Below, piece after piece: positions 15,037 through 27,618 of a stretch of 64,000 nucleotides of DNA. The notes beneath the pieces were generated by a model, which made no database searches, was not told the DNA's origin, and was given only the letters and a program-made list of their open reading frames with translations. Source of the DNA: Chrysomallon squamiferum (Eukaryota > Animalia > Mollusca); contig CM022666.1 of the NCBI GenBank assembly GCA_012295275.1, positions 2,356,001-2,420,000 of the forward strand, written 5' to 3'. The position numbers and the translations under genes were made by a program. Position 1 is the stretch's first letter. Each line of letters opens with the position of its first letter.

Positions 15037-17030
15037 ATTGTATATAGATATGTGTTATATGTATCTATAAATATATATTTAGGACTGACATTTTTCTTTT
15101 TAACACAAATGTCTCATCAGACAAAGACAAGTAAGTAAAATCCCTGATGTTGTTTTTTTTAAATTATTATTATTAAAATAATTTCTTCACAAACAATGAC
15201 AAACGGCAAAATTCTAATCCAAGGAGAGAAGATTTTAATTTTTAAAAAATGTTTTAACAGAAAACGTTTTGTGGTAGGATGGCAACAGGCCCACAAAACT
15301 CACCTAATGGAAGGTAATTTTCAGCAGCATTGATGTAAGCGACGTTGTCGAACAGAGCAAAGTCTTCTTCTCGCACTTCCGACAGTTCTTTGCCAGCGAT
15401 GTTGATTGAACACAGGTCAGAGGGGTCTTCAACACAACAGTGTTTCATCTGGAAAGATAAAATTACTAAAAGCTACATCGCACCATCTGGAAAAATAAAA
15501 TTACTAAAAGCTATATCAAAGTATCTGGTCTCAGGCGATACAAACTGCAGACAGGGAAGCACTTTGAAGTAAAATTAGAGGTTCCATCATCATATTTAAC
15601 TGTAGTGACTGCCATATTGAAACATCTCTATGGCAACCATGTTTGGGAATTACAGAAAGTATCCATTGATATTGACAAATATATCTGAACATACATGAGT
15701 GTGATACAAGTAACTTGTAATTATTTGTATAACAACAAACTTGTAAGATACCTCACTGAACAATGTTTTAATAGTAGGCTTTTGTTGTTAATATTTATTA
15801 TTAAATTTGTTTATTTATTTTATTATTAATTTTTTTTTTACTTGTTTGTTTCTTTGTTTATTTATTTGTTTACTTACTTATTTACTTACTTACTTCTGTT
15901 TATATATTTATTATTTAACAATAATATGGATAAATTATAGCATGTGCCCAAAGAGGCATACAGAATCAATGATGTTAACAGTGATTTAGTTTCTCAGAAC
16001 AAGAACTTTTGTTATTCTGGGCATAAAATTCTTAGCAGAGCAAAATTTCAAAATAAAAATATAATAAAATGGCAAGCCATCCCCCTCATGAAAAAAATTT
16101 GGGTTTATTTGGAAAATTTTAAATATCAATTATTAAAAAAAAAAGAAACATAATAATACTTTCATGAGTTAACAACAAGGAATCTTTTATAAGCAGATAC
16201 AAAGAGGGTTTTTTGGAAGGGTCTTGTATTGTTTTTTCATATCCAGTCAATTTGAATCACTGAAATACTGCTCGCTACAACATACCAAGAAAAACCCATC
16301 CAAAATAGGAATATTTTTATCATCTTCCTCATCTTTAAATTTATCTTCTGTCAGCTTTGTTCCCTCTCGTTCACATCGTTTTCTTTCTTCGCGAATCTGT
16401 GAATAGGTTTTTGGTTGACTGCAAAGTATTGCTTTAAATCGACGATGTTGTTCAGCCTGAAATGCTGTCAACCATGCTCCTTCAGCTGAAATTATTAAAT
16501 ATTAAATATTTTAATTAATTAATTAATTTATTTATTTTTTATTTTTTATTTTAATATATAAATGTTGTTATAAATTCAGCTAATGAATTTTCATTTTTGC
16601 CTTGGTGATTTTAGAAATTATTTATCAGTTAGGCAGCATAACAAATTAACTAAAAACGTTTGTTGGTTATGTTGTTTTGTGTGTATGTGTTGTTGTTTTT
16701 GGTTTGAGTATGAGTGCAACTAAAACTGTAAATACAGTTTTTCGAACTCTTATCCAACTGTTATTTAATTACAGATTTATGTTTTCGTAAAAATTATAAT
16801 TAATTATTAACTTCCGGTTGTTTAATTAAAGAAGTAAAACATTTCTATCAATCAATAAGTAGCTTAATCTTTGGCAATATATTTCTGATAATAAGTGAAG
16901 TCATAGATTATATTAATACAAAAAGCTATATCATACCATCTGCACTCAAGCGATAAAAACTGCGGACAGGGAAGCAATTTGAAGTAAAATTAGAGGATCC
17001 ATCATCATATTTAACTCCAGCGACCGCCAT
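4158..17030 (-). CDS. XRRA1: X-ray radiation resistance-associated protein 1 (LRR protein), 15 coding exons, ~730-770 aa
   Basis: Exons in minus-strand order: 17030-16937, 16485-16286, 15448-15304, 14731-14634, 14105-13960, 13437-13336, 12464-12158 (or to 12280 with a GC donor), 11194-11004, 9944-9793, 9473-9413, 9255-9043, 8387-8225, 7875-7763, 5742-5572, 4304-4158. Translation MAVAGVKYDDGSSNFTSNCFPVR...ILDGFFLMKHCCVEDPSDLCSINIAG...YINAAENYLPLEAFRGFPTLRELEMPLNGL...LDVSFNNL...AAWPMLVELLIHDNPLT...GDPPLL matches the XRRA1 N-terminus and LRRs as I recall them. Splice phases are consistent except at exon 7. Confidence 0.88.
4950..5460. repeat. ~32-bp minisatellite (TTTTAGACAAGATATTTTCTGTTGGAG)
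   Basis: About 16 imperfect tandem units in the last XRRA1 intron. Confidence 0.85.
5822..5940. repeat. 22-bp minisatellite (TTTTAAATCACCTTGTATCCTA)
   Basis: About 5 tandem units. Confidence 0.85.
7230..7700. repeat. Cryptic (AGT/AGC/AAT)n trinucleotide low-complexity tract
   Basis: It generates spurious poly-S/V/T/L ORFs in several frames. Confidence 0.85.
8490..8600 (-). mobile_element. Degenerate tRNA-derived SINE core fragment
   Basis: ACCATTCCAGAAGACAGG..CCTTTTGATAAACCAGTTGTGGAGAACCTGCTGGAATGGGCAATAG resembles a high-copy gastropod SINE core, recalled from memory and not searched. Confidence 0.4.
8650..9019. repeat. Compound microsatellite (AAT/AGT)n-(AAAC)n
   Basis: Direct inspection. 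Confidence 0.9.
10545..10805 (-). mobile_element. Degenerate SINE remnant (same family as 8490-8600)
   Basis: GGAAACTGTTGTCATGACTACATGG..CAGCAGGG..TTTTATA..CAGGA..ACCAACAAGCTACA resembles the same SINE consensus, recalled from memory. Confidence 0.35.
11235..11410. repeat. ~30-bp minisatellite (AAAATTCAAAGAAAATCAAATTTTTAAAAAC)
   Basis: About 5 imperfect units. Confidence 0.75.
15506..15694 (-). pseudogene. Duplicated, decayed copy of XRRA1 first coding exon and proximal promoter inside intron 2
   Basis: Aligns to 16921-17109 and translates MAVTTVKYDDGTSNFTSKCFPVCSLYRLRPDTLI*. The donor GTATGA is lost. Confidence 0.85.
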
Positions 17031-17038
17031 ATTGAAAC

Positions 17039-17122
17039 ATCTCTACGGCAACCACGTTCGGGAATTACGGAAAGTACCCGTTGATATTCACGAATATATC
17101 CGAACATACTGTACCCAATCAG
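17039..17122 (-). promoter_or_regulatory. XRRA1 proximal promoter: X-box-like GTTGCCGTAGAGAT and CCAAT box
   Basis: Motifs lie immediately upstream of ATG 17030 in CpG-retaining DNA. RFX X-boxes are typical of ciliary/sperm genes. Confidence 0.45.
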
Positions 17123-17390
17123 AGGCCCGGTCATACAAGTTCACGCTGTGATCGTTTGAAGCAGACTTTGGCTACGGTTTCTTTTTATAACAGACGAAAT
17201 TCAAGTTGTCTTTTGTGACATGAAAACTTAATAAATTTATTTAATTTTTTTAAATTGTTTTTTTTATTGTTTTATTTATGTATTATTATTGTTGTTGTTT
17301 TTAAATAAAGCATCGATCATTACTACTTCCTCCACACATACCATTCAAATATTCTTAAGAAAAATCAGTATTTTCAGAAATGCGTTTTTT

Positions 17391-17392
<2 letters not shown>

Positions 17393-17459
<67 letters not shown>
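17393..17459. repeat. (CT)n microsatellite upstream of XRRA1
   Basis: Direct inspection. Confidence 0.95.
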
Positions 17460-17463
<4 letters not shown>

Positions 17464-17789
17464 TTATTATTTTTTAATTAATAAAATGTCCACATTTATT
17501 TCACTATATCATATAAAATTAATACAGCAAATAGATATTTCAGATTTATCTGCACGTTATTGTCTATTTTTCTCGTTTAAGCATATTTTGTCAGTGTTTT
17601 CTTCTTCTTCTTTTCTTCTATTTCTGTACTGTATTTCTAGTATATATAAAATATGGTAATGACAAAATAGAATTTACCTGAAACAATTAGCTGAGAAATA
17701 ATAGCAGTGATTCGGATGAGCTACAACTATGTCTACTGTATTTCACCTTTAACGTTATACTTTCACTTCTGAAAAGACCTGGATTTAAT

Positions 17790-18016
17790 GCTTTACGCAA
17801 CGGCAGCAACGTGGTATTAGATGATACATTCTGACCGGGTGAAATTATCCCTGATCAAATCCCACCGCAGGATAGCAGAGGACTTTTTACGACAACAACA
17901 TTTCTCGCGCGCACGCGCATACATATAGAAAAACAACAACCACAATAACAGGAATCAGTTTTCACTTTAATTAACAGTTCTGAGGCAGCATTAGCATCAG
18001 TATCCATGACAATTAC
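17790..18016 (-). repeat. Inverted copy of a segment present in the long array units (19705-19845, ~25745-26010, ~30315-30590)
   Basis: The reverse complement reads GCGAGAAATGTTGTTGTCGTAAAAAGTCCT...TAATACCACGTTG, which is found on the + strand in the array. Confidence 0.85.
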
Positions 18017-18017
18017 A

Positions 18018-18058
<41 letters not shown>

Positions 18059-18159
18059 GCTTATAATCTTATTTACTCAGTTTGATTATCCTTACCATGT
18101 TCATTCTGCTCATAATTTCGGAAATGCAATTTATTTTAATGTTATTTCCGGAGATTCAA

Positions 18160-18208
<49 letters not shown>

Positions 18209-18510
18209 TAACAACAACAACAACAAAAACTGTAATAATAATATGGAGGTCCATAATTTCTATTTTGTTTCACGTTTAAAACAACAACAACGACAACAGT
18301 AATAATAATGTGGATGTTCAATATTCAGCTTGGATTTTAAAAACTTTTATCACATTATAGCATTCTATCAAACATTTTTATTTATTTTATATTCATTATA
18401 TATATTAACGGGTATTCACGTATATCATATTTTTTTCTGTATAGTTTACAATGAAAGTAAATGCCAAGGATAAATATTCATCCAAGGCTTCATTTTTGTT
18501 TCGAATTTAA

Positions 18511-18544
<34 letters not shown>

Positions 18545-19138
18545 TAAATTGTATATTAATAATAAATCATGATCATAAATTAACAAGTACTCTCATCTAG
18601 CCCTTACTCAAGTAAAGACATTCGTAAACGAAAAGGTAAAAAGGAAAATTCCTTGGAAAACACAACACAATGAGTATTTTTATGGATGTTTCGACAAAAG
18701 TCACTAAAAGAAAGAAAGAAATCGTTTTGCCTGCTTCGTTTTAGGCTTTTATTGTATTATCATATTCATCATAAACAGATACTGGAAGCTAAAAATATGA
18801 TTAAAATTAAATTTTACTATAAGACGTCTGATAATTGTTAGAAAAATCATTTCTTAAGCCAGACATTCATATGCATGCATGCGTATATAAATATGCGCAT
18901 ATTAAAACACATAAGCGTACAAATAACAACTTCAGATATATGTCGGAATATTTATTTAACAAATTAAGAAAAACACAATGAACCAAACATTTAACAGAAA
19001 CAATATTTTGAAAATCTTATTTATTTTGGCACATAAAGAGCAACATTTTTTCTTGTCTCCTTTTCTCATGAACGTTTATATGTTTCCCATCACTTTTTTT
19101 TCTTCTTTCTTTTCTTTGTTGCGTGTGCGTTTGATTTT

Positions 19139-19333
19139 TTAGAGCTGCTTAATAGCGCTCTTCCCCATCCAAGTTCCAAGAAGAAAGACGGAAGTAGCCG
19201 AAGTTTCCACTCTACAAGAGTTACTTTCCGGATTTGGGATGTCTGTGCCTATAATACCGTATGGGTAATCATACATTTCTTCCATATTTGGAATCCTCTG
19301 AAGAATGTGTAACGAAGGCAGAACAATTGACAT
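19139..19333 (-). CDS. Hypothetical 64-aa micropeptide, array copy 1
   Basis: ATG in AAAATCATG context downstream of promoter motifs. The ORF is intact in 10 copies and has no recognisable homology. Confidence 0.3.
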   Translation of the reverse strand: MSIVLPSLHILQRIPNMEEMYDYPYGIIGTDIPNPESNSCRVETSATSVFLLGTWMGKSAIKQL

Positions 19334-20033
19334 GATTTTTCGCTTTCAAACTGTATTACTTTTCCCAATTTTTGAAATTATTACCTTCGCTGTCGATTGC
19401 TTTGGCTGAGAATGATTTAAAGGACAAATTTCAATGTTACAAAATAGCTGGCTTTTGCCCGAGTTTCATATCTGCGCACTGTAGTGATTATTTCACGTTT
19501 GCGCATCAGTACGTCATGACCAGAATAAATCACGAAACAGATCTAAGAAATCACAGTTTTTTTATTTTTAAACCTTTTTTTATTATTTTTTTTAAAATTC
19601 GTAATCTGTACAGTAAATAAAAATAATTGCTGAAAAATAACCATGGGGTCGATGATATTTTAGACTTCTTGGAGCAATATGTAACCTAAAGTTATTACAT
19701 GGTTTGTGCGAGAAATGTTGTTGTCGTAAAAAGTCCTGTACTGTCTTGTGATGAGATTCGATGAGAGGTAATTTCACTGAAACAGACGATTCCAGTCAGG
19801 ATATAGTGTGTGTAATACCACGTTGATGCTGTTGTGTGAAAGCAACGACTAGCATGTCATTTTGTGGAAAATACAGTAACAGCATAAGATATGGTTGATA
19901 TAAATAATTAATTACAAAGTTACGAAATGCCTGTGTTAATTTTCATCTAATCCATACATTTGTGAAATTGTTAAAGATATTAAATATATATATATAAATA
20001 TATATATATATAATGAAAGCAATGATGATGATA

Positions 20034-20070
<37 letters not shown>

Positions 20071-20779
20071 CGTGATAACAAAATAACAAGAACTCTCACC
20101 TAGCTTTTATTGAAGTAATCACATTCGTAAACGAAAAGGATAAAACGAAAATTCGTTGATAAACAGAATATAATGACTGGTTTTAGTCTTTTATTGTATT
20201 ATCATATTAATTATTACCAGATACTGCTTGCTAAAAATAGCATTAAAATTTAAATTTACTTATCGGTCGAATGTAACATCTGCTCATAATCTCTATAATG
20301 AAATTTCTTTTAATGTTTTTTCACGAATTGAAGCTGAATGTAAATAGCTCCCAAAATAAATCACCTAACACAAATTCGTATCTGTATTATTCCAAGAAAT
20401 GAGTTATTTTGTTTCAGGTTTATAACAACAACAACACAACAACAACAACAACAGGTACAACAACAAGAATAACAACAACAACAACAAAAACAACAACAAT
20501 AATAAGAAGAAGAAGAATAAGAATAAGAATATGGAAGACCATTATTTTTATTTTGCTTCAGGTTTAAAACAAGAATAATCATGAAGTGGATGTGTTTTGT
20601 TCACCTTGGATTTTTAAACATTTGTCACATCATAGCCTTCCATCTATTTAAAACAATTTTTTTTTATTTTTTTTATTTTTTTTTAACCTTATGTATCTTA
20701 TATTCTTTTCAGTATAGTTGACATTGAAAGTAAATCCAAGGATATGTGTTCATCCAAGGCTTCATTTTTGTTTCAGAGT

Positions 20780-20845
<66 letters not shown>

Positions 20846-21426
20846 TATAATAAATCGTGATAATAAATTAACAAGTACTCTCACCTAGCCCTTACTCAAG
20901 TAAAGACATTCGTAAACGAAAAGGTAAAAAGGAAAATTCCTTGGAAAACATAACACAATGAGTATTTTTACGGATGATTCGACAAAATTCACTAAAAGAA
21001 ATAAAAAATCGTTTTGCCTGCTTCGTTTCAGGCTTTTATTGTATTATCATATTCATCATAAACAGATACTGGAAGCTAAAAATATGATTAAAATTAAATT
21101 TTACTATAAGACGTCTGATAATTGTTAGAAAAATCATTTCTTGAGGCACACATCCACATCCATGCATGCGTGTATAAATATGCGCATATTAAAACACATA
21201 AGCGTACAAATAACAACTTCAGATATATGTCGGAATATTTATTTAACAAATTAAGAAAAACACAATGAACCAAACATTTAACAGAAACAATATTTTGAAA
21301 ACCTTATTTATTTTGGCACACAAAGAGCAACATTTTTTTCTTGCCCCCTTTTCTCATGAACGTTTATATCTTTCCCATCACTTTTTTCTTCTTTTTTTTT
21401 TCTTTGTTTCGCGTGCGTTTAATTTT

Positions 21427-21621
21427 TCAGAGCTGCTTAATAGCGCTCTTTCCCATCCATGTCCCAAGAAGAAAGACGGAAGTAGCCGAAGTTTCCACTC
21501 TACAAGAGTTCGTTTCCGGATTTGGGATGTCTGTGCCTATAATACCATATAGGTAACCATACATTTCTTCCATATTTGGAATCCTCTGAAGAATGTGTAA
21601 CGAAGGCAGAACAATTGACAT
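21427..21621 (-). CDS. Hypothetical 64-aa micropeptide, array copy 2
   Basis: As copy 1. Confidence 0.3.
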   Translation of the reverse strand: MSIVLPSLHILQRIPNMEEMYGYLYGIIGTDIPNPETNSCRVETSATSVFLLGTWMGKSAIKQL

Positions 21622-22851
21622 GATTTTTCGCTTTCAAACTGTATTACTTTTCCCAGTTTTTAAAAGTATTACCTTCGCTGTCGATTGCTTTGGCTGAGAA
21701 TGATTTAAAGGACAAATTTCAATGTTACAAAATAGCTGACTTTTGCCCGAGTTTCATATCTGCGCACTGTAGTGATTATTTCACGTTTGCGCATCAGTAC
21801 GTCATGACCAGAATAATGCAAGAAACAGATCTAAGAAATCACAGTTTTTTAATTTATTTATTTTGTTCTCTGTTATTCGTAATCTGTACAGTAAATACAA
21901 ATAATAGCTGAAAAATGACCAGGGGGTCGATGATTTAAGAGACTTCTTGAGGCGATATAAGTGAGTTAGTATGTAACCTAAAGTAATTATGTGGATTTTG
22001 CGAAGTAAATTATGTTTCAACAAACAAGATAAACATACTGTTGGTGAGAGAACAGCACAAATTCACCAAGTTACAAATAAATGTCTGTGCTGTTCTCAAA
22101 TATCCCTCCAACATCGGAGATACAGAAAAATAAAATACAAGTAATATCAGTTTATTTTATTAAACCATTCTTCCTATTGCTGTCATTATTACATAAAGTC
22201 GTCTGACTAGACCAGGCGGTTGCCAAGGTAATCAGTGGTTAATCTTATGGAATAAAAGAGAACTTAAGAATCGTTAAGGGTGGGTAACTGTAATAGAAAT
22301 TAATATTAAAAAAAAAAAAAATTAAAAATAAAAGAATATTAAAAAGAAAAATTAAATAATTAAATAAATAAATAAATAAAAGAAAAAGAATGTAATCTAA
22401 AATTAGGAAATGTAATAATGAATACTGGATATCCCCAAATTTGTGCAAATGTTCTACCTTTTATTTTGGTATTATCATATTCATCATAAACAGATACTGG
22501 AAGCTAAAAATATTATTAAAATTAAATTTTACTATAAGACGTCTGATAATTGTTAGAAAAATCATTTCTTGAGGCACACATCCACATCCATGCATGCGTG
22601 TATAAATATGCGCATATTAAAACACATAAGCGTACAAATAACAACTTCAGATATATGTCGGAATATTTATTTAACAAATTAAGAAAAACACAATGAAACA
22701 TTTAATACAAACAATATTTTGAAAACCTTATTTTCTTTTGGCACACAAAGAGCAACATTTTTTTCTAGTCCCCTTTTCTCATGAACGTTTATATCTTTCC
22801 CATCACTTTTTTCTTCTTTTTTTTTTCTTTGTTGCGCGTGCGTTTAATTTT

Positions 22852-23046
22852 TCAGAGCTGCTTAATAGCGCTCTTTCCCATCCATGTCCCAAGAAGAAAG
22901 ACGGAAATAGCCGAAGTTCCCACTCTACAAGAGTTACTTTCCGGATTTTGGGTGTCTATGCCCATAATACTGTATGGGTAATCATACATTTCTTCCATGC
23001 TTGGAATCCTCTGAAGAATGTGTAACGAAGGCAGAACAATTGACAT
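22852..23046 (-). CDS. Hypothetical 64-aa micropeptide, array copy 3
   Basis: As copy 1. Confidence 0.3.
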   Translation of the reverse strand: MSIVLPSLHILQRIPSMEEMYDYPYSIMGIDTQNPESNSCRVGTSAISVFLLGTWMGKSAIKQL

Positions 23047-24271
23047 GATTTTTCGCTTTCAAACTGTATTACTTTTCCCAGTTTTTAAAATTATTACCTT
23101 GTCTGTCGATTGCTTTGGCTGAGAATGATTTAAAGGACAAATTTCAATGTTACAAAATAGCTGGCTTTTGCCCGAGTTTCATATCTGCGCACTGTAGTGA
23201 TTATTTCACGTTTGCGCATCAGTACGTCACGACCAGAATAATGCAAGAAACAGATCTAAGAAATCACAGTTTTTTAATTTATTTATTTTGTTCTCTGTTA
23301 TTCGTAATCTGTACAGTAAATACAAATAATAGCTGGAAAATGACCAGGGGGTCGATGATTTAAGAGACTTCTTGAAGCAATATAAGTGAGTTAGTATGTA
23401 ACCTAAAGTAATTATATGGATTTTGCGAAGTAAATTATGTTTCAACAAACAAGATAAGCATACTGTTGGTGAGAGAACAGCACAAATTCAGCAAGTTACA
23501 AATAAATGTCTGTGCTGTTCTCAAATATCCCTCCAACATCGGAGATACAGAAAAATAAAATACAAGTAATATCAGTTTATTTTATTAAACCATTCTTCCT
23601 ATTGCTGTCATTATTACATAAAGTCGTCTGACTAGACCAGGCGGTTGCCAAGGTAATCAGTGGTTAATCTTATGGAATAAAAGAGAACTTAAGAATCGTT
23701 AAGGGTGGGTAACTGTAATAGAAATTAATATTAAAAAAAAAAAATTAAAAAGAAAATAAAATTAAAAAACAAAATTAAATAATTAAATAAATAAATAAAT
23801 AAAAGAAAAAGAATGGAATCTAAAACTAGGAAATGTAATAATGAATACTGGATATCCCCAAATTTGTGCAAATGTTCTACCTTTTATTTTGGTATTATCA
23901 TATTCATCATAAACAGATACTGGAAGCTAAAAATATGATTAAAATTAAATTTTACTATAAGACGTCTGATAATTGTTAGAAAAATCATTTCTTGAGGCAC
24001 ACATCCACATCCATGCATGCGTGTATAAATATGCGCATATTAAAACACATAAGCGTACAAATAACAACTTCAGATATATGTCGGAATATTTATTTAACAA
24101 ATTAAGAAAAACACAATAAAACATTTAATACAAACAATATTTTGAAAACCTTATTTTCTTTTGGCACACAAATGCAACGTTTTTTTCTTGCCTCCTTTTC
24201 TCATGAACGTTTATGTTTCCCGTCACTTTTTCTTCTTCTTTCTTTTCTTTGTTGCGTGTGCGTTTGATTTT

Positions 24272-24466
24272 TTAGAGCTGCTTAATAGCGCTCTTTCCCA
24301 TCCATGTCCCAAGAAGAAAGACGGAAAGAGCCGAAGTTTCCACTCTACAAGAGTTACTTTCCGGATTTTGGGTGTCTATGCCCATAATGCTGTATGGGTA
24401 ATCATACATTTCTTCCATATTTGGAATTCTTTGAAGAATGTGTAACGAAGGCAGAACAATTGACAT
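24272..24466 (-). CDS. Hypothetical 64-aa micropeptide, array copy 4
   Basis: As copy 1. Confidence 0.3.
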   Translation of the reverse strand: MSIVLPSLHILQRIPNMEEMYDYPYSIMGIDTQNPESNSCRVETSALSVFLLGTWMGKSAIKQL

Positions 24467-25072
24467 GATTTTTCGCTTTCAAACTGTATTACTTTTCCCA
24501 GTTTTTAAAATTATTACCTTCGCTGTCGATTGCTTTGGCTGAGAATGATTTAAAGGACAAATTTCAATGTTACAAAATAGCTGGCTTTTGCCCGAGTTTC
24601 ATATCTGCGCACTGTAGTGATTATTTCACGTTTGCGCATCAGTACGTCATGACCAGAATAAATCACGAAACAGATCTAAGAAATCACAGTTTGTTTATTT
24701 TTAAACCTTTTTTTATTTTTTTTTTTTAAAATTCGTAATCTGTACAGTAAATAAAAATAATTGCTGAAAAATAACCATGGGGTCGATGATATTTTAGACT
24801 TCTTGGAGCAATATGTAACCTAAAGTTATTACATGGTTTTTGCGAAGTAAATTATGTTTCAACAAACAACACAAACATACTGATCATGAAAACGATTTGT
24901 AAGTGACAGCTCAGCAAAAATTCACCAAGTTACAAATAAATATCTGTGATTTTCTCAAAGATCCCTCCAACATCGGAGATACAGAAAAATAAAATACAAG
25001 TAATATCGACCAAATGTATCTTACAAAGTATCTGCCAAATGTATATTATCCGTACTCTTCATAATAAAAATA

Positions 25073-25110
<38 letters not shown>

Positions 25111-26192
25111 TTAAGTACAGTTTATGCAATAGCGTAATCATTATTATTAAAAAAAGATTTAATAAAAATATTTTCATTTCCCAATTTGCTCTTATTGTCG
25201 AAGAGATCTATCTTATAAAGAAACTTTCCATAGCTAGTCAAGTTGCGGTCCTGATAAAACAAATAGCAGTTTTCACATATGTGTGCTTATTTATCACAAC
25301 TTCTTTCGTGATTAAAAAAAGTAAATAAATTTAATTTTTTTTTTTTAAAATACAAGAACGTAGCCATGGCTAGAGTAACCCAGCAAAGGGGGGAGAGATA
25401 CAGATTGAGAGAGGAGGGAGGTGAACTGAGAACATTCATTTTCAGGTTTATAATATATCGAAACATTGTCAGCTGTCATCGAAATACAAGCTGAAAATAA
25501 TGTAGGTGAGTATAAAATTCGGTCGTCGAATCTTTTGCATATGAAATAATAAGAGTAGTCTTTAGATTAATATCAGTAAATATTGCTGCTGGAATAAAAT
25601 GGAAAGCACGGAAACTGTGTCTCTAACTATTTTCAATATTACTTTACCATCACAGAAAACTACTGCATTAATATCAGTAAAAATTAAAATAGTCCTAGAA
25701 AAGAGTTTGCATAAAAATACACTTTAGAAATTTAGAAATTTTGAAATTGTCATGGTTACAGATGCTACCGGTATTTGTGAATGAATTGTACGATATTCAT
25801 TTCTCGATATTGATTACAAAACAGTTAATTAAAGTGAAAACAGATTGTGTTGTTGTTATTGTTTTTCTATATGTATGAGTGTGCGAGAAATGTTGTTGTC
25901 GTAAAAAGTCCGGTACTGTCTTGCGATGGGATTCGATGAGAGATAATTTCACTGAAACAGACGATTCCAGTCAGGATGTAGTGTGTGTAATACCACGTTG
26001 ATGCTGTTGTGTGAAAGCAACGACTAGCATGTCATTTTGTGGAAAATACAGTAACAGCATAAGGTATGGTTGATATAAATAATTAATTACAAAGTTACGA
26101 AACGTCTGTGTTAATTTTAATCTAATCCATACATTTGTAAACTTGTTAAAGATATTAAATATATATATATAATAATGAAAGTAATGATGATA

Positions 26193-26223
<31 letters not shown>

Positions 26224-26685
26224 CGTGATAACAAAATAACAAGAACTCTCACCTAGCCCCTATTGAAGTAATCACATTTGTAAACGAAAAGGAGAGAACG
26301 AAAATTCGTTGATAAACAGAATATAATGACTGGTTTTAGTCTTTTATTGTATTATCATATTAATTATTACCAGATACTGCTTGCTAAAAATAGTATTAAA
26401 ATTTAAATTTACTTATCGGTGGAATGTAACATCTGCTCATAATCTCTATAATGAAATTTCTTTTGATGTTATTTCATAAACTCAAGCTGAAGGTAAATAG
26501 CTTTGTATCTGTATGTTTCCAAGAATTTTTTTTTGTTTGTTTCAGGTTTAAAATAATAATAATAATATTTTATTTTGTTTCAGGTTTAAATCAGCAACAA
26601 CAATAATAACTATGTGGATGTGTAATATTCACCTTGGATTTTTAAAAATGTATCACATTGTAGCCTTCCATCTATTTCAAACAAT

Positions 26686-26722
<37 letters not shown>

Positions 26723-27423
26723 TTATTGATATACATCATATATTCTTCGGTATAGATGACATTGAAGGTAAATCCAAGGATATGTATTCAACCAAGACAT
26801 TATTTTTGTTTCAGAGTTATATTAATAATAATAATAATAATATAAATTGTATATTAATAATAAATCATGATCATAAATTAACACCTAGCCCTTATTGAAA
26901 TAAAGACATTCGTAAACGAAAAGGTAAAAACAAAAATTCCTTGGTAAACACAACACAATGAGTATTTTTACGGATGTTTCGACAAAATTCACTAAAAGAA
27001 ATAAAGAAATCGTTTGGCCTGCTTCGATTTAGGCTTTTATTGTATTATCATATTCATCATAAACAGATACTGGAAGCTAAAAATATGATTAAAATTAAAT
27101 TTTACTATAAGACGTCTGATAATTGTTAGAAAAATCATTTCTTGAGGCACACATCCACATGCATGCATGCGTGTATAAATATGCGCATATTAAAACACAT
27201 AAGCGTACAAATAACAACTTCAGATATATGTCGGAATATTTATTTAACAAATTAAGAAAAACACAATGAAACATTTAATACAAACAATATTTTGAAAACC
27301 TTATTTTCTTTTGGCACACAAAGGCAACATTTTTTTCTTGTCCCCTTTTCTCATGAACGTTTATATGTTTCCCATCACTTTTTTCTTCTTTTTTTTTTCT
27401 TTGTTGCGTGTGCGTTTAATTTT

Positions 27424-27618
27424 TCAGAGCTGCTTAATAGCGCTCTTTCCCATCCATGTCCCAAGAAGAAAGACGGAAATAGCCGAAGTTTCCACTCTAC
27501 AAGAGTTACTTTCCGGATTTTGGGTGTCTATGCCCATAATGCTGTATGGGTAATCATACATTTCTTCCATATTTGGAATCCTTTGAAGAATGTGTAACGA
27601 AGGCAGAACAATTGACAT
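27424..27618 (-). CDS. Hypothetical 64-aa micropeptide, array copy 5
   Basis: As copy 1. Confidence 0.3.
   Translation of the reverse strand: MSIVLPSLHILQRIPNMEEMYDYPYSIMGIDTQNPESNSCRVETSAISVFLLGTWMGKSAIKQL

Noticed and set aside
16946-17134. 62-aa minus-strand ORF as XRRA1 exon 1
   Set aside because: It is in the wrong frame; the XRRA1-like N-terminus starts at ATG 17030 in another frame.
19297-19322. Hammerhead-like CTGAAGA..CGAAG in the array core (retrozyme?)
   Set aside because: It lacks GAAA and stems II/III, and many copies read TTGAAGA.
19404-19415. CATTCTCAGC resembling the RNase MRP 3' conserved region
   Set aside because: The matching GAAAGTCCCC region and P4 helix are absent.
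21460-21490. PKKKDGNSR-like motif resembling the start of LTR-retrotransposon reverse transcriptase
   Set aside because: The following motifs (DYRxLN, YxDD) are absent, so the match is probably coincidental.
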